Assembly: GCA_031292175.1 (NCBI GenBank)
Contig: JARLHQ010000028.1
Coordinates: 226,475-290,474, forward strand
Direction of reading: 5' to 3'
Length of the DNA: 64,000 nt
Origin: Humidesulfovibrio sp.
GTDB lineage: Bacteria; Desulfobacterota; Desulfovibrionia; Desulfovibrionales; Desulfovibrionaceae
Part shown: piece after piece, positions 49,950-62,200 of the stretch
Layout: every line of letters begins with the position of its first letter
Numbering within the stretch: the stretch's first letter is position 1
The notes under the pieces: generated by a model
Told to the model about the DNA's origin: nothing
The model's database searches: none
The model's input: only the letters and a program-made list of their open reading frames with translations
Made by a program: the position numbers and the translations under genes

Positions 49950-51713
49950 CTAGCGGCGGACGGAAGCGTTCCCCGCCGAGGCGCGGCCCAGGTTCACGTC
50001 AACGCCAAGCACACCGAGCAGTTCGCCCTCCGTTGAGACGATGGGCGCGGAAACAGTGATGCAATTCTCCTTCGTGGCGCTGGAGACGTACACCTCGGAT
50101 ACGGCCATGCTGCGCGTCTCGGCCGGCTGGGTGAACCACGGCCGCGTGGACCAGCTTCGGCCCACGGTGGAAGGGTCCTCCACCAGCCCGGCAGGTCCGC
50201 GCCCGATGTTGGCCACCGTCTGCCGACCCTTGGCGTCCGTGAGGTACACGAGCTCAAGGGACGGCTGCCGGTTCAGCGTTTCGCGCATGGCCGCCTCCTG
50301 CTCGCTGCGGCGCATGGAGCGCACGCGGCTGTCCGCCGCAAGCCCCTCCACGATGGCCTGCACGCCGCCCCCGCCGATGAGCTGGAACACGGCGTTCATG
50401 CTCTCCAACTCCACCACCCGTGTCAGCAGACCGCCCACGGCGGTCATGGCGCCCTGGGCCCCGGCAAAGCTCCGCTCGCTGATATCCCGCACCTGGCGCA
50501 CAATGTCCGTGATGCGCCCGCTGGTGGCGGCCTGCTCACCGGCGGCCTCGGCAAAGTCTTGAATGTGCCGGGCCGTGTCACCCGCCAAGTCCACAATCTC
50601 GCGCAGGGAGACGCCGGAGCCCTGCGCCAGATCCACGGCGCGATTCACGCGGGTCGCAGTCTCCTCCATGTCCCGCTCGGTGCGCTCCACGCCCTCCTGG
50701 ATGCCGAGCGTGCGCTGGGCAACTTCCCTGGTGGCGGCCATGGTCTTTTCCGCCAGCTTGCGGACCTCGTCGGCCACCACCGCGAACCCCCGACCGGCGT
50801 CGCCCGCGCGCGCGGCCTCGATGGCGGCGTTCAAGGCCAGCAGATTGGTCTGGTCGGCGATGTCGCTGATGACATCCATGATCTTCTCCACGGCCAGCGC
50901 CTGGCCGCCCAGGTCACGCACAACGGAGGCCAGATCCTGAGCCTTCTGCTCCACGGAGCGGATGGCCCCGACGGTTTCCTCCACGGCCTCGGAACCACTG
51001 AGCGCCTTGGTCTGTGCGGTCTGCGCCTGGTCCACGGCGCTGGCGGAGCGCTCCACCATCCGCCCCACAGCCTCATCCAGGCGGTCCATGGCATCGGCCG
51101 CGTCCTTAATCAGGCTCTGCTGCTTCTGCGCGCCAGTGCCGCTGGACTCGGAAAGTCCGCGCAGCTCCTCGCAGGAAGTATGGATACCGCCGATGGCCAC
51201 GCCAAGGGTGCGCGCAGCGGACAAAAGCCCCTCGCGCCGCGAGGCCTCGGCCCGTTCCCGCGCCAGCACCGTCTCGCCGCAGGCATTGCTGGTGGCCAGA
51301 ACCTCCCCGTCCACCCGCGCCAGCAGTTCCGTCTCGCGCTGGCCCAGGCGCTGGCATTCGCTCACAAGTATGTCGATTGCCTTATCCGTCATGACAATAA
51401 TGTCGTGCCCGGCGAAGGGGCTGATTTCCTTCCTCCGCGCATCGGAAAGAGTGAGCACAGAAAGTTTTTCAACCTGTCTAGTTAAATACTTTCGCAATGT
51501 TATGTGACCATAAACAAGATTGCCCAATCCCCCCAAGGCGAGGAGGACAGCCAGCAGAACGCCGTAATTCAGGACCGCGCTTTGCAGACTTGTCAACTTT
51601 GCGGTGCCGGCCTGTAATGCCTCAACATCAGGATATGCCAGGACAACCCCAAGCAGTAGAATCATAACTACCGAAGAAATAACAATATTCGCCGAGTGCT
51701 GCCGTGGATTCAT
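49950..51713 (-). CDS. methyl-accepting chemotaxis protein with C-terminal Cache/PDC-like domain
   Basis: Two N-terminal TMs; [38 protein letters not shown]; tail WSTRPWF..SEVYVS..ITVSAPI..GVLGVD; start placed at MNPR (51713). Confidence 0.9.
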   Translation of the reverse strand: MNPRQHSANIVISSVVMILLLGVVLAYPDVEALQAGTAKLTSLQSAVLNYGVLLAVLLALGGLGNLVYGHITLRKYLTRQVEKLSVLTLSDARRKEISPFAGHDIIVMTDKAIDILVSECQRLGQRETELLARVDGEVLATSNACGETVLARERAEASRREGLLSAARTLGVAIGGIHTSCEELRGLSESSGTGAQKQQSLIKDAADAMDRLDEAVGRMVERSASAVDQAQTAQTKALSGSEAVEETVGAIRSVEQKAQDLASVVRDLGGQALAVEKIMDVISDIADQTNLLALNAAIEAARAGDAGRGFAVVADEVRKLAEKTMAATREVAQRTLGIQEGVERTERDMEETATRVNRAVDLAQGSGVSLREIVDLAGDTARHIQDFAEAAGEQAATSGRITDIVRQVRDISERSFAGAQGAMTAVGGLLTRVVELESMNAVFQLIGGGGVQAIVEGLAADSRVRSMRRSEQEAAMRETLNRQPSLELVYLTDAKGRQTVANIGRGPAGLVEDPSTVGRSWSTRPWFTQPAETRSMAVSEVYVSSATKENCITVSAPIVSTEGELLGVLGVDVNLGRASAGNASVRR

Positions 51714-51758
51714 AACTTCTGAGACTCCTTGCTGAAGGGCTGGTGGTCCATTTTGCTG

Positions 51759-51775
51759 AGCAAGAACCCGGCCAG
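51759..51775 (-). promoter_or_regulatory. sigma54 promoter of the MCP gene
   Basis: CTGGCCGGGTTCTTGCT, GG-N10-GC spacing, about 45 nt before the start. Confidence 0.65.
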
Positions 51776-51899
51776 TTCCGATGCAACGCTTCCGTTTGGA
51801 AAAAACATTGCAACCCGAGCCATATTCTTGCAAAATTACTATTGAAACGAAAAGACGCGAAGCATCCCGCAGTCTCCACAGCGGCGCACCGGAGCGGAG

Positions 51900-54800
51900 A
51901 TGTCTGAAAAACAAGCCATAACTCAAACGCGCAAACGCGCCCTTAAACTCGCCAAGGGCGCGCTGCTGGTCCTGGCGGCATTGCTGGTCCTGGGCGCAGC
52001 GCTTGTGCTCGCGCTGCCCATGCTGCTCTCCTCTGATTTCGCGCGCGCGCGCGTGACGGAGCAACTCGCCAAGGCCACAGGAAAACCCGCCCACATCCGG
52101 GAGCTTGCCTTTGGCTGGTCCGACGGTCTGCGTCTGCGCGGCCTGGGTATCGGACAGGGCGAGCTTTCCGACCCCAATTTTCTGGCCAGCATCGACAGTC
52201 TGCACGCGGGGTTCAGCCTCCCCGCCGTTCTGCGGGGCGACATCCGGCTTTCGTTTGAACTGCGCGGCCTGCGCCTGCATGTGCCGCCCAAAAGCGAACC
52301 AGAACCCCCGGCCAAGCCACTGGCTGAGGTTCTTCAAATGCTCTTCTCGGCCTTGCGCGCCGGTGCCAAACCCGTGCCCGTAAAGCTCGACGCTCATGTG
52401 ACCGTGGACCTCGCGGACATGGCCGTGCGCCTGGAGCCAGCGCCCGGGGGCAAGGCCGTTGAACTGCGGGACCTGTACGTCCGGCTGGACGCACCGAGCC
52501 TCAAGAGCGCGCCCATGACGCTCACGCTCGGCACGGACCTTTACACCGGGCAGGAGCGTGTGGCCCCGCTGCGCGTGGAGACAAGCGTGGCGGGCCTGGT
52601 GAACGCCACAGGGCACATCGCCCCGGCCCAGGCACTGCTTACGGCCAGGGTCCAGGCCCCGGGCGTGCTCCTCACCGCCGGGGGCAGCCTGGCCACGACC
52701 CTTAAAATCAACCTGCGCGCCCAACTGCGCGAGGCGCTGGCCCCGGCGCGGGCACTGGCCGCCAAGCCCCTTCCCGATGTGGACGGCACACTGACCCTTG
52801 CCCTCAACCTCTCCCAGTCCAGCGCGGACCGGCTGCATGCGGGCCTGCGGCTTTCCGCCGACGCCGTGCGCGCCGCAGGCATCGGTGGGGACGGCGGAAA
52901 AGGCGGCAAGAGCGTTGGTCCGCTGTCCCTGAACCTGTCGCAGGATGCGGAGATCGACCTTGCGGCCCAGACCATGCGTCTGCCCGGCAAACTGGAGATC
53001 AAGCCCGAAAGCCAGGCGCGCTGGCTGGCTGAGCTGACGGGCGTGTCCAAGGGCAAACCGCACGTCGTCCTGTCCATCAAGCCCTTGCATTTAGCCTTGG
53101 GCGGCCTTCTTCCGGCGTTGCACGGCCTCTTGCCGCAAGGGGTCGGCCTTGGCTCGGCCACGCTGGACGTAGCGAGCATCGACGCGGCCACAGACATCCC
53201 GGCGCCCGGCTGGGCCCCGCAGGCCGAGGCCCGCGTGCTCGGCCTGGACATCACCGCAAAAAACATCACCCGGAGCGAGGCAGCGGGCGCAGTGAGCATT
53301 GATCGGCTTGGCCTGCGGATGGATGCGGCCAGCGTGCGCCTGTCTGGCTCCCGGCCTGGGAAAAACGGCGTTGCAGAGCCCGGACCGGCGACTGGCCCGA
53401 TGTCCGGCCTGCTTGAGGCGAGCTTTTCCGTCAGCGTGGACGGCCTGCGCCAAATGAGCGGGGGAGGCGGCGCAAAGGGCAACGCCGCGCCGCAAATGAG
53501 CGTGCGCCAGATCAACCTGCCGCGCGCGAGTGTGCATGTGGACGGTCTGGCCCTGGAACAGGCGGCGTTGTTCGGTCTCACGGGCAAGGTGGGCGTAGAG
53601 ATGGAGGCCCAGGCCAAGGATCTGGAAGTCAGAGGCAAGGCCCAGATTCCGGCCCTGTTCGTCCAGATGCGCTTGAACGCGGGGCTTCCCAAGGCCAAGT
53701 CCGCCGCTGCGAACCTGGAGGCGTTCGACCTTGCCGCGCCTCTTGTGCGCGTGCTTTCCCCCGGCAAAAAACCCATCGAGGCCCCGCTGACCCTGCGCGC
53801 CAGCGCCCCGGACATCCGGCTGACAAGCGCGGGCGGCCTGCCCGGCGTCAAGGACATGCGCGTGGACCTGGACCTGGGCGCGGCCCTGCGCGGCAATGCG
53901 CAAGTGAGCCTGGCCGGAACCTCTGGGCGCACCCTGCGCACCGATGGCCGCGTGGCCCTGGACACAGGCAAACTGCTGGGCCTTGCCGCACCGTTCGCCC
54001 CGCGCCAGGCCAAGGCCTCGGGCGCGCTTGCCCTGGACTGGAAGCTCGCCGCCACGCTGCCCGAGTCGCAGGCTCCCACCAAGGCAGGGCAGCAACCCGC
54101 CAAGCCGCAAAAACTTTCACAGACCATCAAGGGCCTGGGCTACGTGTCCAAGGCCGAGGCGGTGCTGAACATTGCCGGCGTGAGCCTGGACTGGCCTCTG
54201 GCCGCCAAGCCCGGCCAGGCGGCGGAGGTGCTGCGGCTGCGCGGAATCTCCACCCCCCGCCCCCTGCGCCTGACCACCAGGGACGGCGCAAAAGAATCAA
54301 CCTTCAAGGGCTCCCTGGCCTTCGGCCCCATGGACGCCCTGCCTGGCGTGGGGAGGCTGGCCACACCCCTGCGCGGCCTTGTGACGGTGAACGCAGCCCA
54401 GCAGGGCGCGCGCTCCGTGCAACTCTCCGAGGTGCTGCACCTGGACGGCTTCGCCCTGGACCAGAATCTTGCGCTCACCGTGGACAAGCTGGACAAGGTG
54501 CTGGACCGCGATGCCGACCGCCTCGCCGCCGTGCTGGAACTGGCGGACGGCCAAGCCTCCTTCAGCCTGACCACGGGTGATCTGGCCTCCGCCCTGGCGG
54601 CCAAACGCGGCGGCAAGGGCGTCACGGGCAAAGGTCGGCTGGAGGCCGGGGCCGAGGCGCGGCTTTCCGGCGGCAGGAGTCTGGCCTTGTCCGCGCGGCT
54701 TTTGAGCCCCGGGCTGGATCTGACCCTCGGGCCGGACACGGCGATCACCGACCTGACCAGCAACGTGCGCCTCGCCCGACGCTACAGCCTGGCTCCCGGC

Positions 54801-55679
54801 CTGCGTTGCCCCGACGCTGTAGAAACGGAGCTGACGCCGCTGTCTGAGCAGGTCTTCAATCTCTTTTCCACGCCCCAAAGCACGCCCACCGCAAGCGAGG
54901 CCCTGGGCCAGCTTCTGCGGACCGAAGCGCCGAAGGCGACGGGCGGGACCTTCGGTCTGGCGCGGCTCAAGTTGAAGTCCGGCGGCCTGCCCCTCGACAT
55001 CCGCGACGTGGAGCTGCGCCTGGACGACAGCGGCCCGGTGCCGGGCCTGCGTTCATTCCGGGCCGGGTTATTGGGCGGCAACGTGTTGGGCAGCGCCATG
55101 ATCCGCAAAAACGCCGGGCGTTACAGCCTGATCGCGGACATGGCCTTCACCGGTATCGACCCCGCCCGCCTGTTCCCGGCCAAGGGGCCAAAGGACCAGC
55201 CCGGACAGGCCGAGACCTCGGGCCGCGTGCGGCTTGAAACGCCGCTCACCGCAGACCCGGAGGCCCTGCTCCAACAACTCAATTTCCGCGCGGACATCAC
55301 CAGGATAGGCCCGCGCACCCTGGAACGGATGCTCTACGCCCTGGACCCGGAGGAGCAGAACGAGACCATCGTGCAGCAGCGCCGCCTCATGGCCATCGGC
55401 TATCCGCGCTTCCTGCGCGTGGCCGCGGCCTATGGCAACATGAGCGTCTCCGGCGCGGTGGACGTGAAGGGCTTCCAACTGGACCTGCCCCAACTGGACC
55501 GCCTGGGCATCGCCAACCTGCCCCTGCGCAAGCAATTGACCAAGCCTCTGGCCACTGTGCCCACACTCATCAAAGCGCTCGACGCCGCGTCCGGGTCGCG
55601 CATCTGCCGCGATCCCGCCGACGCCCTGGGCGTCCTTCGCATCGTGCAACCCGCCGCAACCCAAGGAGCACCGCAATGA
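51900..55679 (+). CDS. AsmA/YdbH-like inner-membrane-anchored beta-rich periplasmic protein (1259 aa)
   Basis: N-terminal TM followed by an AsmA-type start (..[29 protein letters not shown]); alternating beta-strand pattern throughout; late LLGG.V.G motif. Confidence 0.65.
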   Translation: MSEKQAITQTRKRALKLAKGALLVLAALLVLGAALVLALPMLLSSDFARARVTEQLAKATGKPAHIRELAFGWSDGLRLRGLGIGQGELSDPNFLASIDSLHAGFSLPAVLRGDIRLSFELRGLRLHVPPKSEPEPPAKPLAEVLQMLFSALRAGAKPVPVKLDAHVTVDLADMAVRLEPAPGGKAVELRDLYVRLDAPSLKSAPMTLTLGTDLYTGQERVAPLRVETSVAGLVNATGHIAPAQALLTARVQAPGVLLTAGGSLATTLKINLRAQLREALAPARALAAKPLPDVDGTLTLALNLSQSSADRLHAGLRLSADAVRAAGIGGDGGKGGKSVGPLSLNLSQDAEIDLAAQTMRLPGKLEIKPESQARWLAELTGVSKGKPHVVLSIKPLHLALGGLLPALHGLLPQGVGLGSATLDVASIDAATDIPAPGWAPQAEARVLGLDITAKNITRSEAAGAVSIDRLGLRMDAASVRLSGSRPGKNGVAEPGPATGPMSGLLEASFSVSVDGLRQMSGGGGAKGNAAPQMSVRQINLPRASVHVDGLALEQAALFGLTGKVGVEMEAQAKDLEVRGKAQIPALFVQMRLNAGLPKAKSAAANLEAFDLAAPLVRVLSPGKKPIEAPLTLRASAPDIRLTSAGGLPGVKDMRVDLDLGAALRGNAQVSLAGTSGRTLRTDGRVALDTGKLLGLAAPFAPRQAKASGALALDWKLAATLPESQAPTKAGQQPAKPQKLSQTIKGLGYVSKAEAVLNIAGVSLDWPLAAKPGQAAEVLRLRGISTPRPLRLTTRDGAKESTFKGSLAFGPMDALPGVGRLATPLRGLVTVNAAQQGARSVQLSEVLHLDGFALDQNLALTVDKLDKVLDRDADRLAAVLELADGQASFSLTTGDLASALAAKRGGKGVTGKGRLEAGAEARLSGGRSLALSARLLSPGLDLTLGPDTAITDLTSNVRLARRYSLAPGLRCPDAVETELTPLSEQVFNLFSTPQSTPTASEALGQLLRTEAPKATGGTFGLARLKLKSGGLPLDIRDVELRLDDSGPVPGLRSFRAGLLGGNVLGSAMIRKNAGRYSLIADMAFTGIDPARLFPAKGPKDQPGQAETSGRVRLETPLTADPEALLQQLNFRADITRIGPRTLERMLYALDPEEQNETIVQQRRLMAIGYPRFLRVAAAYGNMSVSGAVDVKGFQLDLPQLDRLGIANLPLRKQLTKPLATVPTLIKALDAASGSRICRDPADALGVLRIVQPAATQGAPQ

Positions 55680-56260
55680 AACGCCTTCTCGCCGCCGCCG
55701 TCTGCCTTGCCCTTTCCGGCTGCACACTGGCCCAGGTGAAGGTCAACGTGGCCAGCGAACGCACCTCATTGGAAAACCAGATCCTCGGCTCCTACAACTC
55801 GCTGTCCGAGGAGACGCTGCTTGTGGCCTCAGTGCGCGGCGTGGACCCGCTGGGGCGCATCCAGACCCCGGCAAAAAAAAGCGCGGAGTTGCAAGACGCG
55901 GTGACGGCCATGCAGGTGCTCTCGTTCCATGCGGACGACGTGGACGCCTTCAAACACCTGGGCTGGGTGGGTGAGAACAACCAGGGCCGTTTGACGCCGC
56001 TCGGCATGGTCCGCGACAAGGCACCGGACGACCTGAAGGACTTCGCCGCGCACTACGGGCAGAAGGAGTTCGACAGCGTCGTGGGCGAGGTCAATACGGC
56101 ACGGGAGATCATCATGCGCCGCGCCATCGAAACCAACACCTCGCTCACCCCGGCCGACATGCCACAGGTGCGCGCGGTGTTCGCCAAGCTCGCCACGGAC
56201 ACGGCAAAACCTGGCGACAAGCTCCAGCTCGCCGACGGCTCCTGGACGGTGAAGAAATGA
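55676..56260 (+). CDS. YnbE/YdbL (DUF1318)-like lipoprotein
   Basis: Lipobox LSGC; GWVGENNQGRL and Q..DGSW..K resemble YdbL; ATGA overlaps on both sides. Confidence 0.7.
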   Translation: MKRLLAAAVCLALSGCTLAQVKVNVASERTSLENQILGSYNSLSEETLLVASVRGVDPLGRIQTPAKKSAELQDAVTAMQVLSFHADDVDAFKHLGWVGENNQGRLTPLGMVRDKAPDDLKDFAAHYGQKEFDSVVGEVNTAREIIMRRAIETNTSLTPADMPQVRAVFAKLATDTAKPGDKLQLADGSWTVKK

Positions 56261-59200
56261 ACGCGCACACCCTGCGAGACATCCTGGCAGGAACGGCGCT
56301 TACCCTCTGCCTGCTGCCCGGCGTTCTGGGGTCCGAGGAGCTTCTGGCCGCGCCTCCGGCCAAGTCCGCACCGGCCAAAAACCCGGCCAAGGCCGTCAAG
56401 ACGACGACGGACCCCGGCGTGTCGGTCAAGGCCCTGGTGGACGATGCCCTGCGGCCCATGGGCCAACGCATGGCGCCTCGCAAACTCGACGTGAACCAGC
56501 CTGAGCAGGTGAGCTTCGAAACCGGCGCGGTGCAGCAGGCGGACGTGACCCCGGACGGCAAATGGCTGGTGGTGTCCAAACTCTCCGGCGGCTATGCCGA
56601 ACTCTGGCTGCGCTCGCTGGATGCGGCCCTGAGCGTCCTGCCCCGGCGGCTGGCCCCGGCCCTGGCCGACAGAATCTCGCCCGCACTCTCGGCCGACGGC
56701 AAGCGCCTGGCCTTCGTGGGCCTGGAGGACGACGTCAAGGGCGATATCTACCTGCTCGACCTGACCAAGCCCGATGCCGCGCCGGTCAGGCTCACCGGCC
56801 GCGACACCGAGGATGGCGCGCCGGTGTTCTCGCCCGACGGCCGCACCCTGTATTTCCACCAGCGCCTGCCCGGCGAAAGCGTCCGGCGCATCGTGGCCCT
56901 TGATCTTGCGGGCGGCCAGTCCGCGTCAAAGGCTCCTTTGCGCGTCATCGCCACCGGCGGGGACGCCTCTCAGCCCGCCGTCTCGCCCGATGGCCGCAGA
57001 CTGGCCTTCGTCTCCGCACGCCAGGGCGGCAGCGCCGTGTATCTGCAGGACCTCGCCGGCGGCGCGCCCGTACGGCTCACCAATGGCCGGGGCGGCGAGT
57101 TCATGCCGCGCTTCAGCCCGGACGGGGCCACGGTGTATTTCGTCAGCGCGCCCGTTCCGGCGTTGACGGGCGGATCCGGCGGGCTCAAGCCGACCATCGC
57201 CAGCGCCGACGCGCTGCACCCAGGCGGAACGGCCCAGGGCCTCACCTCGGCCCAGAATGCGGACAGCGCGCCTCTCCTGGCTGGCCAGGGCGCGGGCGTC
57301 CGACTGTATTTCCTCACCGCGCAGAACGGCCCCACGAACCTCTGGTCCCTGCCCGTGGAGGGCGAAATCCCCTCCCGCCCGGCCGGGGAACTGCTCGCTC
57401 TGGCGGACACCCTGGCGAGCCAGATTCCCGTGGACCGCCACCTGGCCATTCTGGCCTACGGCCGCGCGGCAAAGGCCGCGGGCGGCTCCGGCCCCATCGC
57501 CGCGCAGGCGCTCTTTGCCCAGGGCCGTCAGTACGAGGCCCTGGGCCTGGAGTCCGAGGCCCTGGCCGCGCACCGGTCCGCAGCAGACCTCGGCGTGGCG
57601 CCCCAGTCCGGCTACGCGCGCATCCGCGCCCTGCTGCTGAACGAGACCTTCGAACGCCGCCAGGCCGTGAATGACAAGGGGCGCAAGCAGGCCCTTGACG
57701 CAACGCTTTCCGCCCTTTTGACCCTGAACTCCGGCGATCCGCGCGTGACCTGCCAGGCGAATATCGAGCGCGCCCGACTCCTGTTCGAACAGGGCGGGGG
57801 CGGCGCGGCTCTCATGGAGGCCATCCGCATCCTCGACGCGCAGCTCGCGGCCACGGGGCACACGGACGAGCAGTCCGCCGAGGCGCTGTTCCTCAAGGCC
57901 GAGGCCTTTAGCCGCATCGGGCAAATCCAGGCAGTGCTGCCGCTCTACGCCCAGGTCATCCGCCAGTACCCGGAGGACGGTCCCTGGGCGGACCTGGCCG
58001 TGTCGCGCGTGCTGGACCAGAGCGTGGCGGGAACAGGCAAGAAGTATGAGGACAAGGCCCGCGAGCTGGTGCTTTTGTCCGAGCAATACCGAAAGGATCT
58101 GCCAAAGCTGTCCCTCGGGGCGCAGAATCGCCTGGGCGACGTGTACTACGCCGCCGACGAGTGGGCCAAGGCCAAGGACGCCTACCGCCAAAGCATCGCC
58201 TCCGCGCAAGAGACCCCGCAGGTGGCCACGCAGCTGGCGGCGGCGCGCCTGGCCCTGGCGGAGATCCTGTACCGTGAGGAACGCTTCCATCAGGCCCTCG
58301 ACCTCTACGAGACCGAGATGGCCGCGCGGCCCTATGAGGACCGCCTGTACCGCCTGGCCAAGGCCGCGCATTTGCGCAAGTCCGTGGCCGCGGGCGACTA
58401 CCTGCTGCGCATCGGCGAAGTGCCTTCGGCCCGGGCCATCTTCGGAAGCCTCCTGCGCGACGACCCGGACTTCGTGCCCGCGCACCGGGGCCTGATAAGC
58501 GCGAGCGCGGCCCTCAGGACCATCCCCGCTACGCTTGCGGAGTACCGCGCCAAGCTGGCGCAAAAGCCGGACGACGCCAGCCTGCTCTACGCCACCGGCC
58601 TGACCATGACCTACCTGGACGGCAAGGCCGCGCTTCTGGACGCCCGCAAGCTCATCGTCCGGGCCATCGAGAAGAACGGGCAGGTGGAGTATTTCCACCA
58701 GACCCTGGGCTACATCGACGAGGTGCTGGAGACCGTGCACCACGAGCGCGGCAAGCTGGAAGCGGCGTTGGAGTCCTACCAGCGCGCGCTCTTTTTGAAC
58801 GCCCGCGAGGAGAACCCCGAGAACGCCGCCAACCTCGAGCTAAACATCGGCAACGTCCACTTCCTGCTGGGCCAGTACGCCAGCGCGTACGAGGCCTATG
58901 CCAAGCGCTACGACTCCAAGATTCCCTTCGACAACGAGGAGACGGAGATCCTCTTTTATGAGCGCTTCGGGGCCGCGGCCTTCCAGGCGCGGGAGCCGGG
59001 AAAACCCATCCTGGCCTATGCCAAGTCGCTGGAGCTGGTGGAGAAGCGCATCCAGCCCAAGTATGCCTCCGTGGTCTTCGGCCACATCAACAGATACGTG
59101 TTTGATCGTGTGCTCACCCCGGCCCTGGGCCGCGCCGATGCCGCCGACAAGGCCAAGGTCCTGGCCGACCGCCAGAGCGAGCTGAACAACCGTCTCTTCG

Positions 59201-62200
59201 ACGCCAGCACCAAGCCCGTGGGCCCGCCGCCGGACCCGGCCTGGAAAACTTACGCCGCCGCCGTGGAGTCCCTGCTGTCCGAGCAGGAGCGCATCATCCG
59301 CGAGCTGCCGCCGCTGATGCAGAGTGACGACCGCGACGCGAATATGCAGACCCTCGCCGTCATGACGGCCAAGGTGCGTGAGACCCTCGGCTTCCCGCCA
59401 CGCTTCGCGCAGCTGCGCGCGGAGCTGAACGACCGCCTGGGCCTGGCCTATCAGGAGACCGGCCGCTGGCACGAGGCGCGGGAGTGCTTTGAGAAGGCGC
59501 TGGCCATGAACACGGCCCTGGGCCTGAACCAGAACCTTGCCGCCAACCAGCGCTCCGTGTCGTACAACGCCTTCATGGAGGCCGGGCTCACCACCGGCCA
59601 GGACCGCGACCAACTGCTCGCCAAGGCCGAGGAAGGCTTCCGCCGCATCCCGGAACTGGTGAACAAGTATGGCGTGGCGGACAAGAAGGGCGGCGGCCGC
59701 AAGGGCGGGCTCATCAACCTGGAATTCGACGTGGCCCTGGACAAGGGCGCGGCCTCCCAGGCCACCTACGGCTTCAGCGCCGCGCAGGAGCTGCGTCTGG
59801 CCGAGACCTTCCTCTCACGCATCGCCACGGAGCGCGGCCGCCCGCGCGAGGCGCTCGGCCTGGTGGAGCGGCAGTTCTCAAAGTTCACCAAGGGCGAGGT
59901 GGCCCCGCAGGATGCCTTCGGCGCGGCCCTGCTGCTGCACCGCGCGGGTTTGCTGGAGACATCGCTCGGGAGCGAGGCTTTGGCTTTCGAGCGCTTCCGC
60001 CGCTCCGCCGGTCTGGCCCTGGAGCTTCAGAATCCCGTCAGCGCGTCGCTCAACGTGGCCGACATGGCCGCCACACTCGTGTCCCTGCCAGCGACAACCG
60101 ACGATTTCACGGCGCGCGCGGCCGAGCTGCGCCAAATGGAGAAGCAAACCGCCCTGGCGCTGCGCCACGCCGCCCTCGGCGCGGATTCCCTCGCCGCACC
60201 GGCCTTCGACAACATCATGGCCGCCCACGATCTGGCCCTGGCCGACCGCATCGGCGCGAGCGACGCCGCAGTACCGGCCGCCACGGCCGCACAGGCCATG
60301 GACGCCCTGTCGCGCGCGGGCCAGCGTGTGGCCGACGGCCTGGCCTGGTTTGGGGTCAATCCTCCCGCCACGCGCCGAGCGCTTGCCCTGAACGCCGCCC
60401 TGCGCCTCAATCAGGCCGCCCTCGCCCTGCGCCTGGGCGAGGACAATCAGCGCGCCGTGAGCTTGCAAAGCGCCCTGGTCCTGGCGGACCGGGGCCTGCT
60501 GCCGGACGTGCGCTGGCGCGCCTTGTCCGGACTGGGCCGGCTCAAGGAAGCCCTGTCCGTGCTGGAAGCCCTGCCCGTGGACAGCCTGGCCTGCGGGCCG
60601 GGCGAGATCACCCGCGCCTTTGCGCCGCTGGTGGCGGGCCTCATGGACACCGGCAAGGCCGAGGACGCGTACAACATGCAGGAACGCCTGTCCGAACTGG
60701 AGCGCGTGGGCCGCATGAGCCGCCTCGGCGTGCCGAGCCCTAGCGTCATGGAGCTGGGGCTGCTGCGCAGGAGTGGCCAGCGCCTGCTCGCCATCCGCGA
60801 CCTCAAGGCCCGCATGGCCGCGGCCAAAGACCAGGAGCGCCTGGACCTCTCCCGCCGCGTCGAGCAGGAGGAGGAGATCCTGAAGCGAGACCTGGGCGCG
60901 GAGCGCGAGTTCCTGCCTGGTGTGGCGCACCTGGGCGCGAGCCCGGCCGAGCAGGACTGGCTAACCATGCTCTTCGGCCTTTCGGCCGAGCTTTCCGCCA
61001 CGGCGGATGCGGCCATCATTGCAGGCGACAGCACGACGGGCACGACCCTGCGCCGCCGCCACGCGGAGGTCGCCGCGCGTCTGACCGCCCTCAAGGCCGA
61101 AGCCGCCAACGCCCTGGGCAGGCAAGACGTTCCCGGCGCGCTCGGGCTTATCCTGGCCGCCCCCACCGAGGCCATCGACCTGATGGAGGCCCTGCCCAAG
61201 GGCGTCAAAGCCCTGCGCGTCGCGCTGCTCCCCGGCAACCGCTGGGCGGGCTTTAGCCTCGACGCCGACGCCCTCCGCACCGTCAGTCTGGGCAACGGGC
61301 CCAGCCCATTTTTGCCCGCCCTGGCCCCGGGCGAAAAGCGCCTGCTGCTCTGCGACGAGCCCTCCGTGCTGAGCCCGCGAGACCTCCAGGGCGCCCTGTC
61401 CCTTGGCTTTTCCGGCACGTACATGCGGCGCAGCCTGGCCGTGCGCAAGCCTTTCCGCCGTAACCTCGTGTTCGTGTCCGGGACCTTCGCCACGCCGAAT
61501 GCATTCCAAGCCGTCAGCGTCGACGTGGCCAGTCCCGCCCTGCCGCAGAGCGTGGCGGGCGCGCACACCCTGGTGGCCAGCGTCCCCGTGCGCGCCACCG
61601 AAACCGCCCCCAGCCGCCAGGATGAACTGCCCGTGCGTTTCCTGGCGCTGACGCCGGATAAGGGCGAACCCCGCGCCCTGGCCACTCTGGCCGCACAGTT
61701 GCGGGACGCCTCCCTGGCCGTGCTGCCGCAGGCCGCGCCGGAAGATCTGGCCCTCACCGCGCAGTTGCTCGCGCTCTATGGCGTGCCCTCGGTGCTGACC
61801 GAGCCCTTGGGCGCGTCGAACGCCGCGCCCAAGTCCTTTGTGGAACCGTTCCTTGCCGCCTATGCGGACGCCGCCGCCTCCAACGCCAAGGCCCAAGCCC
61901 AGGCAAAGGCGGCAACGCCCGCGCCGTGGCTGCTCTTCGGCGATCCCGGCCTGAACGCCCAGGAGGCCGGACTCTTCGCCGCCAGCCAGTTCTCCAGCTA
62001 CGTGCGTTCCGGCCTAACAGCCTTCAAGGCGGGCAAAAACGCCCAGGCCCTCGGCCAGTTCGAGAACGCCCTGCGCGTGGCCCGGGCCGTTGATCCGTCC
62101 GGCCAGTTCAAAAAGCATCTGCCCGACCTTTTGGCCTACGGGCGCGAAAGCGCCTACGGGGCTGGCGAGTTCCAGAAATCCCTGGCCTTCGCCCAGGAAC

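Noticed and set aside
51797-51812. Plus-strand sigma54 site (TGGAAAAAACATTGCA) for the AsmA-like operon
   Set aside because: GG-N10-GC spacing fits but the -24 element lacks the conserved TGGC; too weak to call
51714-53090. Apparent 1046-aa MCP with a long N-terminal extension
   Set aside because: The extension is antisense to the AsmA-like gene; RBS and sigma54 promoter support the start at 51713
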